Assembly: GCA_963748215.1 (NCBI GenBank)
Contig: CAVVHS010000006.1
Span: 480,001-544,000 of the forward strand
Direction: 5' to 3'
Origin: an uncultured Gammaproteobacteria bacterium
Lineage (GTDB): Bacteria; Pseudomonadota; Gammaproteobacteria; UBA9214
DNA length: 64,000 nt
Shown here one piece after another: positions 1 to 9,128 of this stretch (the first letter of the stretch is position 1; each line of letters opens with the position of its first letter). The position numbers and the translations under genes were made by a program. Under the pieces are notes generated by a model that was not told the DNA's origin, did not search any database, and worked only from the letters and a program-made list of their open reading frames with translations.

Positions 1-1021
1 CCAGTCCGCCGACGGTGTTGATGAACAGTGCAGGTTCCGTTATGTCATCCAGCCAGCCCGGCAGTTTTTCTTCCAGGCCGGTGAATGCGAAACGCTGTGC
101 AGCCCAGGTCAGCGCCGCGGCCGCCCCGTTGACCGTACCCTCGATGTAATAGCGACCACCGCCGGCGTCGCTGTGCGAAATTCCGGCCAGCAAGCCTGCC
201 GGGCGCGTCGCGGGATCTGCTACCGGCAGCAGCACGAAGGCGCCGGTGCCGATGTTGACCAGGATGGTGTCGTCACGCGGTGCGCCGAGCGCATACAGCG
301 CCGCGGTCTGGTCACCGTTCACCGCGCGCAGCGGGATATCACCGGGCGCGGTATGGCCATAGTCGGCGCAGACAGGCCGGCATTCGGGCAGTACCGGGCG
401 CGGAATGCCGAACAGCTCCAGCAGTTCATCGTCCCAGTCACGCGTGTGCAGGTTCCATAACAGGGTGCGCGAGGCATTGGCATGATCCACGCAGGCGGGA
501 CGGTCCTGCAACAGGTGGAACAGCAGGTAGCTCGCCAGCGGCCCCATCAGCAGTCGCTCGTTGCGTGCGGCTTCCGCCACCGCCGGAACGTTGTCGAGCA
601 GCCAGCGCAGCTTGCCGGCACCGTAGTGCGGCGACAGGCGCAGGCCGGTGAGATGCGTGATGCGCTGTTCGTGCGATGCCAGTGTGGCGATCCAGGGCGC
701 GGTACGGCGGTCCTGCCAGCTGAGGACCGGGGCCAGTGCCTGTCCCGTGCTGCGGTCCCAGGCCACCACGCTGGATCGCTGCGTCGCCAGGCCGGCGCAG
801 CCGACCGGCCGTCCGTCCAGCGCAGGGTCTGCCAGCACCTGCTGCACTACCCGGTTCAGGGAGGCGAGAATCTCGTCCGGGTCCTGCTCTGCCTCGCTGT
901 GACTGCGTGCCTGCAGGGCAACGGCCTGCCGGGCCTGTGCGACCACCCTGCCCTGCGCGTCGAACACGATGGCGCGCGTCGAATGCGTGCCCTGGTCGAT
1001 GGCAAGGATCAGGGCGCTCAC
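1..1021 (-). CDS. FGGY-family carbohydrate kinase, glycerol kinase-like (3' end runs off the window)
   Basis: Read manually from GTG at 1021: MSALILAIDQGTHSTRAIVFD...LATQRSSVVAWD...SWQDRR...NASRTLLWNL...GDQTAA...NIGTGAF. These are FGGY motifs; starts 2 bp after the upstream stop. Confidence 0.88.
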   Translation of the reverse strand, partial: MSALILAIDQGTHSTRAIVFDAQGRVVAQARQAVALQARSHSEAEQDPDEILASLNRVVQQVLADPALDGRPVGCAGLATQRSSVVAWDRSTGQALAPVLSWQDRRTAPWIATLASHEQRITHLTGLRLSPHYGAGKLRWLLDNVPAVAEAARNERLLMGPLASYLLFHLLQDRPACVDHANASRTLLWNLHTRDWDDELLELFGIPRPVLPECRPVCADYGHTAPGDIPLRAVNGDQTAALYALGAPRDDTILVNIGTGAFVLLPVADPATRPAGLLAGISHSDAGGGRYYIEGTVNGAAAALTWAAQRFAFTGLEEKLPGWLDDITEPALFINTVGGL

Positions 1022-1022
1022 A

Positions 1023-2195
1023 TCAGCTTACCGGCACCAGCTTGATATCCGCGGTGTACGCCACGGCCGTGCGTGGCGGCAGTGTGTGCCGTAGCATGTG
1101 CATCACCTTTTCCGCCGTCGCGCGGTAACCGGTCAGCTTGCCGCCATAGATCGATACCAGCCGTGGCCGTTTCGGGTCGTTGACCGTCAGCATGGTCTCG
1201 CGTGAGCGCCGGAACGCCGCGTTGGTCGAGGCCGGCAGTACACGCAACCCGGCAAAGCGCTCGATGACCGTGGCCGGCCGCCGCGGGAAGTAATGTGCGA
1301 GTACTTCCAGCAGATAGCTCTCCTCGTCCGGTCGCACGGCGACCGATGCGGGATCGCCGCTATAGCGGTGTTCGGTGGTGCCGAGCAGGGCATGCTCGCC
1401 CCAGGGCAGCAGGAACACGGCGCGTCGGTCCTGCGGGGCTTCCATGTAGTAGCAGCCACGCGTCAACCTGCCGGGTACGACCAGGTGCGCACCCTGTACC
1501 AGCTCGACCGGGTTGTGTGGCGGTGCCGGGTTGATGCATTCATCCACCTGGCCGGCCCACGGACCGCCGGCGTTGATAATGACGTCCGCGCTGCAGTCCT
1601 TGTCGATACCACGATGCCGGTACTCGATGGTGCAGCGCTGTGCATCGATTTCCGCTGCAGTGAACTTGGCCGGGCATGCCAGCGTGGCACCCAGGCGGAT
1701 GGCCGAGTGCATGACGGCGCGGGTGAGTTCGGCATCGTTGGTCTGGGCATCGAAATACTGGAACACCGCCTGCAGCCGGCGGGTGTCCAGGCCATCCAGC
1801 CTGTCCCATTCGCGGCGCGGCAGCGAGCGGAAGCGGCTCGAGTGGTGGATGCCGCCAAGCAAGGCATACAGGGACAGCCCGGTACACAGCATCAGCGGGC
1901 GGCGCGTGGTATCGGGGTCGACCGGGATGAAGAATGGCTGCAGTCGCACGAGGTCAGGCGCGATCCTGAGCAGGAGGCTGCGCTCGTGCAGGCTTTCCCG
2001 GACCAGGCCCCAGGCGTGCCCTTCGAGGTAGCGCAGGCCGCCGTGGATCAGCTTGCTGGAGCGACTGGAGGTGCCGGCCGCCAGCGCGGTCTGTTCCAGC
2101 ACCAGCACGGAATAACCCGCGCAGGCCGCCGCCTGTGCCACGCCGACGCCGTGAATGCCGCCACCGACGACCACGACATCGAAATGCTCAGCCAT
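1023..2195 (-). CDS. FAD-dependent glycerol-3-phosphate dehydrogenase/oxidase (GlpD/GlpA family)
   Basis: Start trimmed to MAEHFDVVVVGGGIHG. Has GTSSRSSKLIHGGLRYLE, INAGGPW, FAGLRVLP and SIYGGKLTGYR motifs. Confidence 0.9.
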   Translation of the reverse strand: MAEHFDVVVVGGGIHGVGVAQAAACAGYSVLVLEQTALAAGTSSRSSKLIHGGLRYLEGHAWGLVRESLHERSLLLRIAPDLVRLQPFFIPVDPDTTRRPLMLCTGLSLYALLGGIHHSSRFRSLPRREWDRLDGLDTRRLQAVFQYFDAQTNDAELTRAVMHSAIRLGATLACPAKFTAAEIDAQRCTIEYRHRGIDKDCSADVIINAGGPWAGQVDECINPAPPHNPVELVQGAHLVVPGRLTRGCYYMEAPQDRRAVFLLPWGEHALLGTTEHRYSGDPASVAVRPDEESYLLEVLAHYFPRRPATVIERFAGLRVLPASTNAAFRRSRETMLTVNDPKRPRLVSIYGGKLTGYRATAEKVMHMLRHTLPPRTAVAYTADIKLVPVS

Positions 2196-2937
2196 TCGCG
2201 GTCCCGGTGAATTCGGGGTCGGAGAGCAGCTGGCTGATGCGGTTGGTTTCCACCAGTCGGAAACCGCGGGCCAGAAACGGTTCGATTTCACCGGTCGCGT
2301 TGATCGTGTATACCACCCATTGCCAAGGTCCCGGCCACAGCGGTTCGGGTGCCGGTGGCAGTCGCGTGCGGTTGCAGAACAGGAAATCCGGTGCCAGCGC
2401 GGCCGCCCTGGCGGCGCTCGCCTCCGACCATTCGGAGAGCACCCAGCCGACCCTTGAATGCCGGCGTTCGCGTGCCGCGGCGAGGACCGCGTCATCGAAC
2501 GAGATCAGGATGCACTGTTCGATCACCGGTGCGAGGCACTCCAGCACGGTATCGAGCACGACCTGCGTGCCGAACGCCTCCAGGCTCTCGCGCTTGAACT
2601 CGACGAAGGCCTGTGCATGCGGCCAACACTGCAGCAATGCCACGAAATCGTCCAGGCGCGCGATGCGCAGGTCGCTGAACGCGATGCCGAACTGCTCCGG
2701 CTGCCCGGCAGGCAGGCCGGCGATCTGTGCCCAGTCGGTACTGACGACTTCCAGGTCCTGCCCGGTAACCCGCAGCAGTGTCGGATCATGGACGAGTATC
2801 GGAACCCCGTCGGCGGTGAGCTGAACGTCGGTCTCGAGGTAGTGCGCACCGGCCGCCAGCGCGGCGCGGAAGCCTGCCAGTGAGTTTTCCGGCCAGCTGT
2901 CCGGCTCGCCGCGATGCGCAATCAATATCGTGTTCAC
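2188..2937 (-). CDS. glycerophosphodiester phosphodiesterase family protein
   Basis: IAHRG...PENSLAGF...ETDVQLTADGVPILVHD motifs. A GTG start at 2937 overlaps the upstream stop (GTGA); alternative start at 2949. Confidence 0.9.
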   Translation of the reverse strand: MNTILIAHRGEPDSWPENSLAGFRAALAAGAHYLETDVQLTADGVPILVHDPTLLRVTGQDLEVVSTDWAQIAGLPAGQPEQFGIAFSDLRIARLDDFVALLQCWPHAQAFVEFKRESLEAFGTQVVLDTVLECLAPVIEQCILISFDDAVLAAARERRHSRVGWVLSEWSEASAARAAALAPDFLFCNRTRLPPAPEPLWPGPWQWVVYTINATGEIEPFLARGFRLVETNRISQLLSDPEFTGTANG

Positions 2938-3827
2938 GTCTCTTTCCACCAGTCCGCGATAACTCTCGCCACGTGCGGGTTGACCAGGTAGCCATAGGAC
3001 TTGTGTACGTTAAGTCCGCGGCTGTCCCGGTAATAGTTGTAAACGCCGTCGGTCATGTCCGTGATGCTTTCCACGGCCTTGTGCCGGACCATGCCGCCAA
3101 AATCGTCGGACAGCGTGGGGTCCAGCGCGACCAGGTCGCCGCGTGCCGCGATATTAACCCAGCGGCGGATGTTTTGCGGGTAGATTCGCGGTCTGCTGTG
3201 GCCCAGTCCGATCAGGCGACGTTGCACGTAGTGCATGCCGAGCGGGCTGCCGATGGTCAGGAAACAGTCCGCGCACCGCTGCAGTCCTTCCAGGTGATCG
3301 AGTTCCCACAACGAATCATAGGCGATGACCGAACCCATGCTGTGACCGATAAGCAGCACCCGTTCACCACAGGCTGCCGCCTCGCGCAGCGGCTGTTTTT
3401 GCAGGTTGCGGATCCGGCAACCGATATTGCCGTGGTTGCTGAAATAGATTTCGGTCTCGCGGATGGATAACTTGACCCGTCGATCGGGGATCAGCGGTAA
3501 CAGCCAGGGGATATGATCAGCGACCTGGTACATGGCCCGGGTCAGCGGATACCTGACCGGACGCGCCTCGCGGATATCTGCGTCACGGTAGCTTTCCTGC
3601 AACAGCAGATGATCGACCCAGTGCCTGTCGTCGTCGATATCACGCAGTGTGTCATACAGCAGGCCATTCCAGGCGACCAGGGAAAAGCTGTCTCTGGCCG
3701 CGATGGCGTCGGCCACGTCCGGATCGATGCGCCTGACGCCGTGCAGCAGGCAGCGCAGCAGTTGTTGACGGTGCAGGTCAGGCGGTGGCTTGGGGTTCTT
3801 GCCCGGTACAAAAATGATCCTGTTCAA
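2934..3827 (-). CDS. alpha/beta-hydrolase (lipase/esterase-like) protein
   Basis: GHSMG nucleophile elbow, FLTIGSPLG, WVNIAARGDLVA (Asp) and NVHKSYGYL (His). Confidence 0.75.
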   Translation of the reverse strand: MNRIIFVPGKNPKPPPDLHRQQLLRCLLHGVRRIDPDVADAIAARDSFSLVAWNGLLYDTLRDIDDDRHWVDHLLLQESYRDADIREARPVRYPLTRAMYQVADHIPWLLPLIPDRRVKLSIRETEIYFSNHGNIGCRIRNLQKQPLREAAACGERVLLIGHSMGSVIAYDSLWELDHLEGLQRCADCFLTIGSPLGMHYVQRRLIGLGHSRPRIYPQNIRRWVNIAARGDLVALDPTLSDDFGGMVRHKAVESITDMTDGVYNYYRDSRGLNVHKSYGYLVNPHVARVIADWWKET

Positions 3828-3864
3828 AACACGGCATCCGGCTGACGTTCTTCATGCTTGTTAT

Positions 3865-5253
3865 TCAGAAGGACACGAGTTGCTCGCATGTCGGCTCTGC
3901 ACAACAATACCAGTTCTCCGACAGGCGTGGAACCGGCGTGCCGGTATGCGCCAGTGCCAGGGCCGGTGCCGCCTGGCCGGCCTGTTCCCAGGCCAGTTTC
4001 CAGATGCCCTGGAATATTTCCGCGCGGGGTTCACCGGCCGCCTCTGCCCGGGTGATCCAGGCCTGCACGGCCTGCTGCAATGCGTCGATTCGCGCATCGG
4101 GATTTCGCCACGGATGGCCAAGGGTGGCCGGATCGAAAGCGCCGACGTGGTCTCCGATACCATCGATGTTGAGGATGTGCGAGCCGGCGGGAACCAGCAG
4201 GCGGATCGACAGCTGGACCGGTGCCACGGCCTCGACCAGTTGCAGATCGGCCACATGTCGCAGCAGGTCGATGTAGCCTTCGAGTGTCGTCCACGGGGTG
4301 AAGGCGACGAAGGTCGGCGCCAGGTCGATGCCCAGTTCGCGCATGAGCGCCAGTGCGGCGAGGAAGTCCGCGCGCGTATGACCCTTGTCGAGTTTTTCCA
4401 GGATGTCATCATCCACGGATTCCACCGCCGACAGGATGAACAGGCAGCCGCACTCGCCCAGCTCCCTGATCTGCCCGGGGTACTTCACAAGATGTTCGAT
4501 CTTGATGGTGGCGTCGAAGGTGAGCGCAGGGAATTCCGCATGCATGGCACGCACAATGCGCAGCGCATGGCCCGGGCCGTTGAAAAAATCGGGATCACCG
4601 AACGAGATGTGTTGCGCCCCGGCAGCGACCTGGCCACGGATATCGGCCAGTACGATGTCGGCCGGCACGACGAAGAACCTGCCGCGGTAGACCGGTACGA
4701 TCGGGCAATGACGACAGAAATACTTGCAACCGCGGGTCGCCTCGGCGAAACCGACCGTTTTGTGTGTACCATCCGGCATGATCAGGCTGGCATATTTCGC
4801 AAGGGGCGGCAGCTTGCTGCGGTCCGGCAGGATGAAATCAGTCTTGCCGAGATTGATCAGTGGTATGCCCTGGCCTGCAGGCTCGCCGGACTGCAACTGC
4901 CTGACCATCTCCACCAGGCCGGTTTCGTATTCTCCACCGATGACGGTCTGCACGCCGAGCGAGCGGAACAACTCGACATTCATCGGTGCGTACAGCCCGT
5001 AAACGCACAGGTGCGCGCGTGGCGCGAGTTGCCTGATCCTCGGCAGCGCCTCGACGGCGATACGTGTCGCGGTGTGCATGGCAACATAGATGGCAACGAC
5101 ATCGGTTGCCGGGTCCAGGCACTCGTCGAGCTTCTGTATCGACAGGTCGCAGCAGTCGACGCTGCAACCTTCCCGCGCCAGCCAGGCCGCCGGTTCAGCC
5201 AGGCCGAACGGCTGGCGACCCAGTTCGTAGGGATTGATTAACGCAATTCTCAT
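3865..5253 (-). CDS. CUAEP/CCAEP-tail radical SAM protein (B12-binding-like N-terminal domain; ArsL-like)
   Basis: N-terminal YELGRQPFGLA; CxxxCxxC motif (RGCKYFCRHC); C-terminal tail PRLSENWYCCAEP. Confidence 0.88.
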   Translation of the reverse strand: MRIALINPYELGRQPFGLAEPAAWLAREGCSVDCCDLSIQKLDECLDPATDVVAIYVAMHTATRIAVEALPRIRQLAPRAHLCVYGLYAPMNVELFRSLGVQTVIGGEYETGLVEMVRQLQSGEPAGQGIPLINLGKTDFILPDRSKLPPLAKYASLIMPDGTHKTVGFAEATRGCKYFCRHCPIVPVYRGRFFVVPADIVLADIRGQVAAGAQHISFGDPDFFNGPGHALRIVRAMHAEFPALTFDATIKIEHLVKYPGQIRELGECGCLFILSAVESVDDDILEKLDKGHTRADFLAALALMRELGIDLAPTFVAFTPWTTLEGYIDLLRHVADLQLVEAVAPVQLSIRLLVPAGSHILNIDGIGDHVGAFDPATLGHPWRNPDARIDALQQAVQAWITRAEAAGEPRAEIFQGIWKLAWEQAGQAAPALALAHTGTPVPRLSENWYCCAEPTCEQLVSF

Positions 5254-5290
5254 TTTAAATATAATTCAATCAGTATGTTATGTGTCGGCT

Positions 5291-5338
5291 CGCGTGTGGC
5301 GCGTGTGGCGCGTGTGGCGCGTGTGGCGCGGGTGGCGG
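5291..5338. repeat. 9-bp tandem repeat (CGCGTGTGG) x4 plus one degenerate copy
   Basis: Directly visible 38 bp upstream of the radical SAM start codon. Confidence 0.9.
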
Positions 5339-5589
5339 GAATAGCAGTAGTCCGGTGTCCGGCAATGACGGTTAACGTTGCACCAGTGTAGCGCGTTTGC
5401 ACACCGTACCTGTACCTGTAGTTACCTGCTGATTGCTTGTACCATACGCACCTGCCGTCTGCTTAGACAACGCAGATGACGACGGAGTGGCAGAAGCGTA
5501 TTCGCTGCACTCGCCATAACGAGACACATGAACATATCCTGGTTACCCAAAGGAAGGTGCTGTTTGAATAACTGCCCGCGTGGTGTGCT

Positions 5590-6741
5590 GTGAACGACGA
5601 TACCCCGATCCAGTACATCGACACCGCTGCCGGGCTTGCTGCTTTTTGCTCGCGCCTGTCTGCTGTCGACTGGTTTGCGCTCGATACGGAATTTCTGCGC
5701 GAGAAGACCTACTATCCCAAGCTGTGCCTGCTGCAAATCGCCACCACGGATGAGGTCGCCTGCATCGATCCGCTGGCGCTCGACGACCTCGGTCCGCTGC
5801 TCGCGGTGCTTGCCGACCCGCGTATCACCAAGGTGATGCACTCCTGCCGCCAGGATATGGAGATTTTCTACCAGCTTGCCGGCCGGGCGCCCGCCCCGGT
5901 ATTCGACACCCAGGTCGCTGCTCCGCTGCTGGGTTATGCGGACCAGATCGGTTACGCCAACCTGGTGAAGGAAATCGCCGGTGTCGCACTGGACAAATTG
6001 CACACGCGTGCCGACTGGTCGGTGCGTCCGCTGACGCAGGCACAGATCCGCTACGCGGCGGATGACGTGATTTACCTGGTGGACATCTACCGCACGATCG
6101 TTGCGCGACTGCAGGAGCTCGGCCGGCTTGACTGGCTGGCGGAGGATTTCCGGGAGTTGTCCGAAGCGGGGCTTTATGACATGGCACCGGCCAGCGCGTG
6201 GCTGAAGGTCAAGGGTGCCCATCGCCTCAAGGGTGCGAGCCTGTCGATACTGCAGGCGCTGGCGCAGTGGCGCGAGGAAACCGCTCGCAGCAAGGACCGG
6301 CCGCGTGGCTGGCTGCTGCGCGATGATGCCATGCTGGATATTGCCCGCCACAAGCCGGACACCCTGGAGGCACTGAAGGCCATTCGCGGCCTGAGCGACA
6401 GTCTGCTCAACCGCTCCGGTGAGGAATTACTGGGTATTGTCGAACAGGCGACCACGCGCAAGCCGTCGCCTTTTCCGGATGGCGGCACGCGGACAAAACT
6501 GTCGGCGGCGCAGGAGGCCCTGGTCGACGTGATGATGGCAGTGGTGCGCATCACGGCGGACGAGAACCAGCTGAACCCGAGTGTGCTGGCCGGACGCAGG
6601 GACCTCGAGGCACTGCTGCTGGGCGATCCTGCCAGCGCCGTGCTACACGGCTGGCGTCACCGGCTGATCGGCGAGCGCCTGCAGCGGCTGCTGGCCGGGC
6701 AGCAGAGTCTCACGGTGCGGGATGGCAGGCTGGTGCTGTGA
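5590..6741 (+). CDS. rnd: ribonuclease D
   Basis: ALDTEFLREKTYYPKLCLLQ, FDTQVAA, DWSVRPL, YAADDV; HRDC domain; GWR near the C-terminus. Confidence 0.96.
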   Translation: MNDDTPIQYIDTAAGLAAFCSRLSAVDWFALDTEFLREKTYYPKLCLLQIATTDEVACIDPLALDDLGPLLAVLADPRITKVMHSCRQDMEIFYQLAGRAPAPVFDTQVAAPLLGYADQIGYANLVKEIAGVALDKLHTRADWSVRPLTQAQIRYAADDVIYLVDIYRTIVARLQELGRLDWLAEDFRELSEAGLYDMAPASAWLKVKGAHRLKGASLSILQALAQWREETARSKDRPRGWLLRDDAMLDIARHKPDTLEALKAIRGLSDSLLNRSGEELLGIVEQATTRKPSPFPDGGTRTKLSAAQEALVDVMMAVVRITADENQLNPSVLAGRRDLEALLLGDPASAVLHGWRHRLIGERLQRLLAGQQSLTVRDGRLVL

Positions 6742-7110
6742 GACGTGAAAAGAAGAATGGCCATGGAACCACACGGAAGAACGCGGAATAACAGATTATT
6801 GCAGTAATCTTAGGGTGCGTTTTACGCACCGGGAATGGTGCACGAAGTGCACCCTACGACTGAATCAGAGGAAGTGAGACGTGAGACGTGAAAAGAAGAA
6901 TGGCCACGGAACCACACAGAAGGACACGGAAAAACAGATTATTGCAGTAATGTAGGGTGCGTTTTACGCACCGGGGATGGTGCACGAAGTGAACCCTGCA
7001 ACTGAATCAGAGGAAGTGAGACGTGAGACGTGAGACGTGAAAAGAAGAATGGCCACGGAACCACACGGAAAAACAGACTCGAGTCAAGCTATACCTTTCA
7101 CGTTTCACGC
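6738..7110. repeat. Tandem array of ~143-149 bp composite units (heptamer GTGAGAC run + CCACGGAA arm + REP-like inverted pair)
   Basis: Units start at 6738, 6881 and 7030 (third partial). The two full units contain TAGGGTGCGTTTTACGCACC...GGTGCACGAAGTG(C/A)ACCCT. Inverted heptamers CTTTCACGTTTCAC at ~7095-7108. Confidence 0.9.
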
Positions 7111-7115
7111 GCTGT

Positions 7116-7889
7116 TCAGGTGCGTATGCCGTGTCCCGTACGCAACAGGTAGAGGCAGAACAGGTACAGGGCGACGATGAAGCCGCAGCTGATTGAATAG
7201 GACGTCAGCAGGCTGATGTCGGATATGCCGAGAAAGCCGTAGCGGAACGCGTTGACCATGTACAGGATCGGATTGAACAGCGATGCGCCCTGCCAGAACT
7301 CGGGCAGCATGTTGATCGAGTAGAAGATACCACCCAGGTAGGTCAGTGGCGTCAACACGAAGGTCGGGATGATCGAAATGTCGTCGAAGCTGTTCGCAAA
7401 GACGCCGTTGATCAGGCCCGCGAGCGAGAACAGGACAGAGGTCAGCAGGACCATGCTGATCATGACCGGCAGGCTGTGGATATTGAGCGGGTTGAACAGC
7501 AGCGAGACGATCGTCACCGCCGTGCCCACCGTCAGGCCGCGCATGACGCCGCCGCTGATAAAGCCCAGCAGGATGATGTAGTTCGGTGTCGGCGAGATCA
7601 GCATTTCCTCGATGTGGCGCTGGAACTTGGAGCCGTAGAAAGACGAGACGACGTTGGCGTAGGAATTCGTGATCACCGCCATCATGATCAGGCCGGGGAT
7701 GATGAATTCCATGTAGGCGAAACCTTCCATGTTGCCGATACGCGGGCCGATCAGGTTGCCGAAAATAATGAAATAGAGCGCCGTGGTCACTGCCGGCGGT
7801 AGCACGGTCTGCACCCAGATACGGGCGAAGCGCAGCGTCTCCTTGGTGACGATAGTCTGGAGTGCGATCAGTTTTTCGCTTGTGTTCAT
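7116..7889 (-). CDS. yadH: ABC-2 transporter permease (YadH-like)
   Basis: RIWVQTVLPPAVT, PGLIMMAVITNSYANVVSSF, NPILYMVNAFRYGFLG. Confidence 0.93.
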   Translation of the reverse strand: MNTSEKLIALQTIVTKETLRFARIWVQTVLPPAVTTALYFIIFGNLIGPRIGNMEGFAYMEFIIPGLIMMAVITNSYANVVSSFYGSKFQRHIEEMLISPTPNYIILLGFISGGVMRGLTVGTAVTIVSLLFNPLNIHSLPVMISMVLLTSVLFSLAGLINGVFANSFDDISIIPTFVLTPLTYLGGIFYSINMLPEFWQGASLFNPILYMVNAFRYGFLGISDISLLTSYSISCGFIVALYLFCLYLLRTGHGIRT

Positions 7890-8821
7890 GGCTGTCCCCC
7901 GCCGTCGCCACCATTATCCACCAGGCGCATGAACAATTCCTCGAGGCGGTTGGTCTTGTTGCGCATGCTCAGTACGCGAATACCCTGCCCGGTCAGTTCG
8001 GTAAAGAGTGAATTGATGGATTCATTACGGCAGATCTCCGCCTCCAGGGTGTGTTCGTCCACCAGCTGCAGCGTGTGCTGTGGCAGCACCGGGGCGGCAT
8101 GCAACGGCTTTTCGACATCGAGAATGAAGGTTTCCTTGTGCAGCGTATTGAGCAGCTGCTTGGTGCTGGTGTTACTGATGAGCACGCCCTCATCGATGAT
8201 CGCGATATTCCGGCACAGGCTTTCCGCCTCTTCCAGGTAATGCGTGGTGAGTATGATGGTGGTGCCCGCCAGGTTGATGTCGCGCAGGAATTTCCACATC
8301 GAGCGGCGTATCTCGATGTCCACGCCGGCAGTCGGCTCATCAAGGATCAGCAGGCGCGGCTCGTGCACCAGGGCGCGGGCAATCATCAGCCGGCGTTTCA
8401 TCCCGCCGGAGATGTTGCGTGCCATCACGCGCCGCTTGTCCCACAGGTCAAGGTGCTTGAGGTACTTCTCGGCACGCCGGAACGACTCCGCGCGCGCGAT
8501 GCCATAGTAGCCGGCCGCATTGGCGACCACCTCCACCACCGGTTCAAACATGTTGAAATTGAATTCCTGCGGCACCAGTCCGAGGCAGGCCTTCGCGGCG
8601 GCGGGTTCCCTGACGATGTCATGGCCGAAGATGAAAACCGAGCCCTCGCTGCGGTTCACCAGCGAGGCGATGATACCGATCAGCGTGGTCTTCCCGGCAC
8701 CGTTCGGCCCCAGCAGTGCGAAAAAATCGCCCTGGGCGACGTCGAAGCTGACACCCTTCAGGGCGACGTGACCGCCCTTGTAGGTCTTTTTCAGGTCGCG
8801 AATCGACAGTGCAGGCGTCAT
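7886..8821 (-). CDS. yadG: ABC transporter ATP-binding protein (YadG-like)
   Basis: GPNGAGKT, SGGMKRR, LDEPTAGVD, MRNKTNRLEELF; 4-bp overlap with the permease gene. Confidence 0.93.
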   Translation of the reverse strand: MTPALSIRDLKKTYKGGHVALKGVSFDVAQGDFFALLGPNGAGKTTLIGIIASLVNRSEGSVFIFGHDIVREPAAAKACLGLVPQEFNFNMFEPVVEVVANAAGYYGIARAESFRRAEKYLKHLDLWDKRRVMARNISGGMKRRLMIARALVHEPRLLILDEPTAGVDIEIRRSMWKFLRDINLAGTTIILTTHYLEEAESLCRNIAIIDEGVLISNTSTKQLLNTLHKETFILDVEKPLHAAPVLPQHTLQLVDEHTLEAEICRNESINSLFTELTGQGIRVLSMRNKTNRLEELFMRLVDNGGDGGGQP

Positions 8822-8823
8822 GC

Positions 8824-9015
8824 TCAGACCAGCTTGATCAGAAACAATACGAACAGGATCACCAGGGCGATCGGCAGCAGGAAGCCGGTCCAGTCCCTGG
8901 ACTCGGCCTGCCGGCTCTTTTCCAGAGTCGCCTTGATGCCGGGGCCGAACCAGAACAGCACCAGCAGGACCAGCACGCCGAGCAGGAGCATTTCCCAGGT
9001 TGATGGCTGTTGCAT
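8824..9015 (-). CDS. small hypothetical membrane protein (2 TM)
   Basis: MQQPSTWEMLLLGVLVLLVLFWFGPG...DWTGFLLPIALVILFVLFLI; ends 2 bp before the yadG start. Confidence 0.75.
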   Translation of the reverse strand: MQQPSTWEMLLLGVLVLLVLFWFGPGIKATLEKSRQAESRDWTGFLLPIALVILFVLFLIKLV

Positions 9016-9128
9016 AGGACGGTTTCGCGTGTCAGGGCATCGGGAATGCAGCGCCTGCAGGCATCTGACAGGGCTGACGGGATTTGCGCTATGATAAGTC
9101 ATTTGACGTTGGCGGGTGAAGCGGGAAT

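Noticed and set aside
5422-5535. Small minus-strand peptide MFMCLVMAS... as a RiPP precursor for the radical SAM
   Set aside because: It is the tail of an antisense shadow ORF of rnd, has no precursor features, and the rSAM lacks SPASM/RRE domains.
6738-7110. Possible CRISPR array
   Set aside because: Whole units are near-identical with no unique spacers, the period is ~145 bp, and there are no cas genes.
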